From positions 64,001 through 128,000 of the forward strand of contig JBALDB010000001.1 in the NCBI GenBank assembly GCA_036918135.1: a stretch of 64,000 nt of DNA, in the 5' to 3' direction. How positions within the stretch are numbered: position 1 is the stretch's first letter; every line of letters begins with the position of its first letter. A program made the position numbers and the translations under genes. The notes under the pieces were generated by a model. That model was given only the letters and a program-made list of their open reading frames with translations, searched no databases and was not told the DNA's origin. Below are positions 61,020 to 64,000 of the stretch, piece by piece. The DNA comes from Nostoc sp. GTDB lineage: Bacteria; Cyanobacteriota; Cyanobacteriia; Cyanobacteriales; Nostocaceae.

Positions 61020-63554
61020 TTAGTTGACTTTGCGTTGGAAGGTAAATGTTCTTTGAATACCCGGTGCAATTACACCAGATACACTATCCACATACTTGGT
61101 AATATCAGTGTTTACCGTAGTTCCAGTTTGGTCGATGCCAGAGCTATTAGCTGGATTACCATTGAAGAATCGAATGGTTGCACTTCCAGAATCCTTAGCT
61201 GAGCCAACAATATTGCTAGTATCAATTTGACCGCTGGCATCGTTGTCTAATGCCCAGTTGTTGGGGCTTTGCGTACCATCTTCAGTTATCACAACTTTGT
61301 CAGCATTCAAAATCACGTTACCTGTTCCAGATTGAGATTCGGAAATATTACTGTACTGAATTTGGTACTCAATAATGTTTCCTGGTGCAGGCTTCTTGGA
61401 AGCGGTACTGAATGTGCCGTCATTCCCCTGGACTACAGGCCCAGTTCCTTGTAAAACTCGCGATACTTTCAGCAGTTTCAGGAAGCCAGTGTAGACGCGA
61501 TCGATAGTAATGTTGGATGAATCAAAGGTATTATCGTTTCCACTATCCTTGATTCCATCTCCATTGGTATCCGTCGTGTAGTTGTCAATAGAAGCAGTAA
61601 TGGGTACTGGAAACCCTCTACTAATATCAGTAGATAACTGCGTACCCGGAGGTAAATCAACTTCTACACCATAATTAATACTTGCACCAGTAGCAAAGTT
61701 GGGAATTGTAATTGCTGTACCAGGTGTTGTAAACGCTCCATTATTGTAAGTATAGACAGCAGACTGACTATTATAAGTAATAGTCACCTTCGTACCATTC
61801 GGTAAATTTCCTGGAATTGCTGGTGGCGTTGGTTCTAACTTCAAAACGCCTGGGTCAGTACCACTATTCTTAACTGTGTTGGTGAAGCCAACTGACTGAG
61901 GATCGAGTGTACTACCAGGTGGCGTACCAGCTGGAACGAGAGAAGATTTGTTAGTGAAGTCATCGTTGGTCAGACCCGATGGACCAGTAGCATCGGGCGC
62001 ATTTTGGGGTCCATTGAGTACCGCTGAAGCCACAGGTGCTTGCACAGTAAAGACATTCGCCTCACCGCCAGGACCACTACCACTGTTGTTATTACCTGTG
62101 TCAGTTCCAGTTTCCGGAGATGCTGGAGTATTAATATAACCATCATCAACGCTGGTAGATGGTAGAGTATCAGGAACACCATCATTATTGGTATCTGTAC
62201 CTGTAGGAGGTGTCATACTCCCTGGAGAACCATCGTAGTTGCTGGGATTTTGATCGCCTGATTCGTCGTATACTGGGAAATTACTGGTAGGTGTTTGACC
62301 AAACAATTGAGCGATGTTAGCAACGGTTAACGGTGAAGTTGCAGTCGATTTAACAGCTAACTGAATTGAGAAGCCATTGACCGTTGTACCAGGAGCAATG
62401 GAAGTAATGGTTGCTGGATTATTGATAAAACCAACACGAGTGACTGAGGTAAGAGTTGGTGGTGTCGTAGTCCAACTAGCTGCATTAGCATTAGTTGTAA
62501 CTGGAGTAGTCGTATAAACAGTTTGCCAACCAGGTGGTGCAGTTGGTGCTACTGCCAAATTCATACCCAGAGGAATCGCATCAGAAACCAAGATATAGGT
62601 GCCATTCGCACCATTAACATTGATAGTTGTGCCCGTCAAAGCTGCTGGTGTAATTCCCTGTCCAGTAGGATCGTTGGACTCAACTCGTAAACTCAAATCG
62701 TAGGTCAGTTTATCATCTGTAATTGCAGTCGTGCCAGCATTGTTATAGCCGCTACGAATCTTGAGAATGGTGGCTAAAGTATAGGTTTTTAGCGTTGAAC
62801 CAACTTTAATTTGCTCGGTGGCGCTAGCTTCCCGTGTACCATTAACTGGCGCGCCAGCTACCTCACCAGCACTACCATCAGGGTTATCTACAGTGAATAC
62901 GTCACCACCATCAGGACTCCGCAGCTGGTTTTGAGCATCACCAGGGGTGTTACCCAAGGTAACAGTAATTACGTCATTGGTTTGAGCGCCATTTTGGACG
63001 GTAACTGGTACGCGCACCAACACAGTACCACCAACTGGAACGGAAGGTGTATCTACGCCGCCTTGGGAGATGTTTATCCAAGTTTGACCGCCGTCGATGC
63101 TATATTGGAGGCTATTAGCTGTACCACCATTTGGTAATGTGCCAGAAACTGTACCAGGCCCAGTTGTTGTAGCTTGGTTAGGAATGTGGAATTTGGTTGG
63201 GTCGTTACCTACGTTGGTTAGGGTGTAGGTGTAGATGAGTAAGTCACCAACCTGGACTGTTGTATTGGTAGCACTAGAAGTAGCATCTGTGACACCAGAG
63301 GCAGTGACGGTGATCCCAGCAACCTCTGCCACGGTGACAACCACAGTGTTGGAAGTAGAGTTGATTGTTGTTCCTGGACTATTGGGATCTTCATAAGTTG
63401 CTGTAGCTGTGTTACTGATAGATGTACCCGCAGTAGTTCCGTCAGCTAACACAGGCGTAATAAATTGGAAAAGGCTGCCAGTTAATAATGCTGTTGCTAT
63501 TAAAGATTGATAGTGATAACGCTGCTTGTTTACAAATTTATTTTGTTTTACCAT
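61020..63554 (-). CDS. large secreted Thr/Gly/Asn-rich DUF11-type surface protein (putative major fibre subunit)
   Basis: Signal peptide ending PVLA-D, N-terminal AGTSISNTATATY, several Ig-like/DUF11 modules, DxNxDG loops, C-terminal PGNIIEY...TFTFQRKVN; start placed at MVKQNK. Confidence 0.85.
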   Translation of the reverse strand: MVKQNKFVNKQRYHYQSLIATALLTGSLFQFITPVLADGTTAGTSISNTATATYEDPNSPGTTINSTSNTVVVTVAEVAGITVTASGVTDATSSATNTTVQVGDLLIYTYTLTNVGNDPTKFHIPNQATTTGPGTVSGTLPNGGTANSLQYSIDGGQTWINISQGGVDTPSVPVGGTVLVRVPVTVQNGAQTNDVITVTLGNTPGDAQNQLRSPDGGDVFTVDNPDGSAGEVAGAPVNGTREASATEQIKVGSTLKTYTLATILKIRSGYNNAGTTAITDDKLTYDLSLRVESNDPTGQGITPAALTGTTINVNGANGTYILVSDAIPLGMNLAVAPTAPPGWQTVYTTTPVTTNANAASWTTTPPTLTSVTRVGFINNPATITSIAPGTTVNGFSIQLAVKSTATSPLTVANIAQLFGQTPTSNFPVYDESGDQNPSNYDGSPGSMTPPTGTDTNNDGVPDTLPSTSVDDGYINTPASPETGTDTGNNNSGSGPGGEANVFTVQAPVASAVLNGPQNAPDATGPSGLTNDDFTNKSSLVPAGTPPGSTLDPQSVGFTNTVKNSGTDPGVLKLEPTPPAIPGNLPNGTKVTITYNSQSAVYTYNNGAFTTPGTAITIPNFATGASINYGVEVDLPPGTQLSTDISRGFPVPITASIDNYTTDTNGDGIKDSGNDNTFDSSNITIDRVYTGFLKLLKVSRVLQGTGPVVQGNDGTFSTASKKPAPGNIIEYQIQYSNISESQSGTGNVILNADKVVITEDGTQSPNNWALDNDASGQIDTSNIVGSAKDSGSATIRFFNGNPANSSGIDQTGTTVNTDITKYVDSVSGVIAPGIQRTFTFQRKVN

Positions 63555-63607
63555 AGGTCTAGTTTGTTTATTGAACTTGTGTCCTGGATTTTCAAGGAGG
63601 AGAAAGT

Positions 63608-63633
63608 TCGGCAATTTTTTAAAAAATTACCGA
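63608..63633. promoter_or_regulatory. near-perfect inverted repeat about 55-80 bp upstream of the DUF11 operon
   Basis: TCGGCAATTTTTTAAAAAATTACCGA, one mismatch. Confidence 0.45.
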
Positions 63634-64000
63634 TGATATTTGCCTAAAACTTTAACGCTTTGAGAATGCAAACTTGATGAGTTAAAGCAGAATTTAGTGA
63701 ATTCTTTGAATCAGAATTCACCAGAGAAGTTTGAACGCTGACATTGGCGCAACCCGCTGTAGGTATCGATACTTTACAGAGAAAAATACTCTTAAAACCT
63801 GGCTTTGAGACTTACTTTGTGTATTTAACGCTTCTTGAAATTCACTGTCAGTTATTGACACTCCTAATCAAATATATTGAAGCAATACCTTGAAATGATT
63901 TGCCTATCTTAATTTGCAAGCGCCCCTGGTAATTAAGGCTGGTAATCATAAGTATGGGGAACTTACTGTTGCCTACTGCTCAATTGTTTGTACAAGTAAA

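Noticed and set aside
63555..64000. c-di-GMP riboswitch upstream of the surface-protein operon
   Set aside because: Only a GGCAAA fragment is present; the paired GNRA/receptor architecture could not be found
1..64000. Frequent GCGATCGC octamers as a novel repeat
   Set aside because: This is the well-known cyanobacterial HIP1 sequence

Overview
Chromosomal window from a filamentous cyanobacterium, most likely Nostocales: HIP1 GCGATCGC sites are abundant, STRR heptamer arrays and MITE/REP-like repeats fill the spacers, and ycf3, fraH and an hli gene are present. From left to right it contains: (i) an accessory signalling block with a hybrid Ser/Thr kinase-AAA-GAF-PAS-His kinase, a NarL regulator, a Cys-less DsbA-like protein, an alpha/beta hydrolase and a GMC oxidoreductase; (ii) a secreted selenoprotein-N-like protein; (iii) core genes fraH, pgl, rph, adk, dcd, thyX, hli, gatC, ycf3, SRAP and GST; (iv) a ~20 kb ADP-heptose synthesis / multi-glycosyltransferase cluster (GmhA fused to a GT4, GmhB, HldE, five GT9, further GT4s, a GT2 and an SDR), preceded by a perfect 7-1-7 Zur/Fur box, interrupted by an AraC + TonB-receptor pair and closed by a CdaR/PucR regulator; (v) stress genes and a peptidoglycan hydrolase; (vi) a four-gene DUF11 operon ending in a large outer-membrane barrel. 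The best candidate for an undescribed system is the DUF11 operon. Its motif layout (N-terminal Asn-bearing strands, C-terminal DUF11 domains lacking their last strand, a small acceptor protein lacking the acidic residue, and an anchor plus barrel) suggests a sortase-independent, donor-strand/isopeptide-crosslinked surface fibre. All family calls come from motif recognition by eye; no searches were run.
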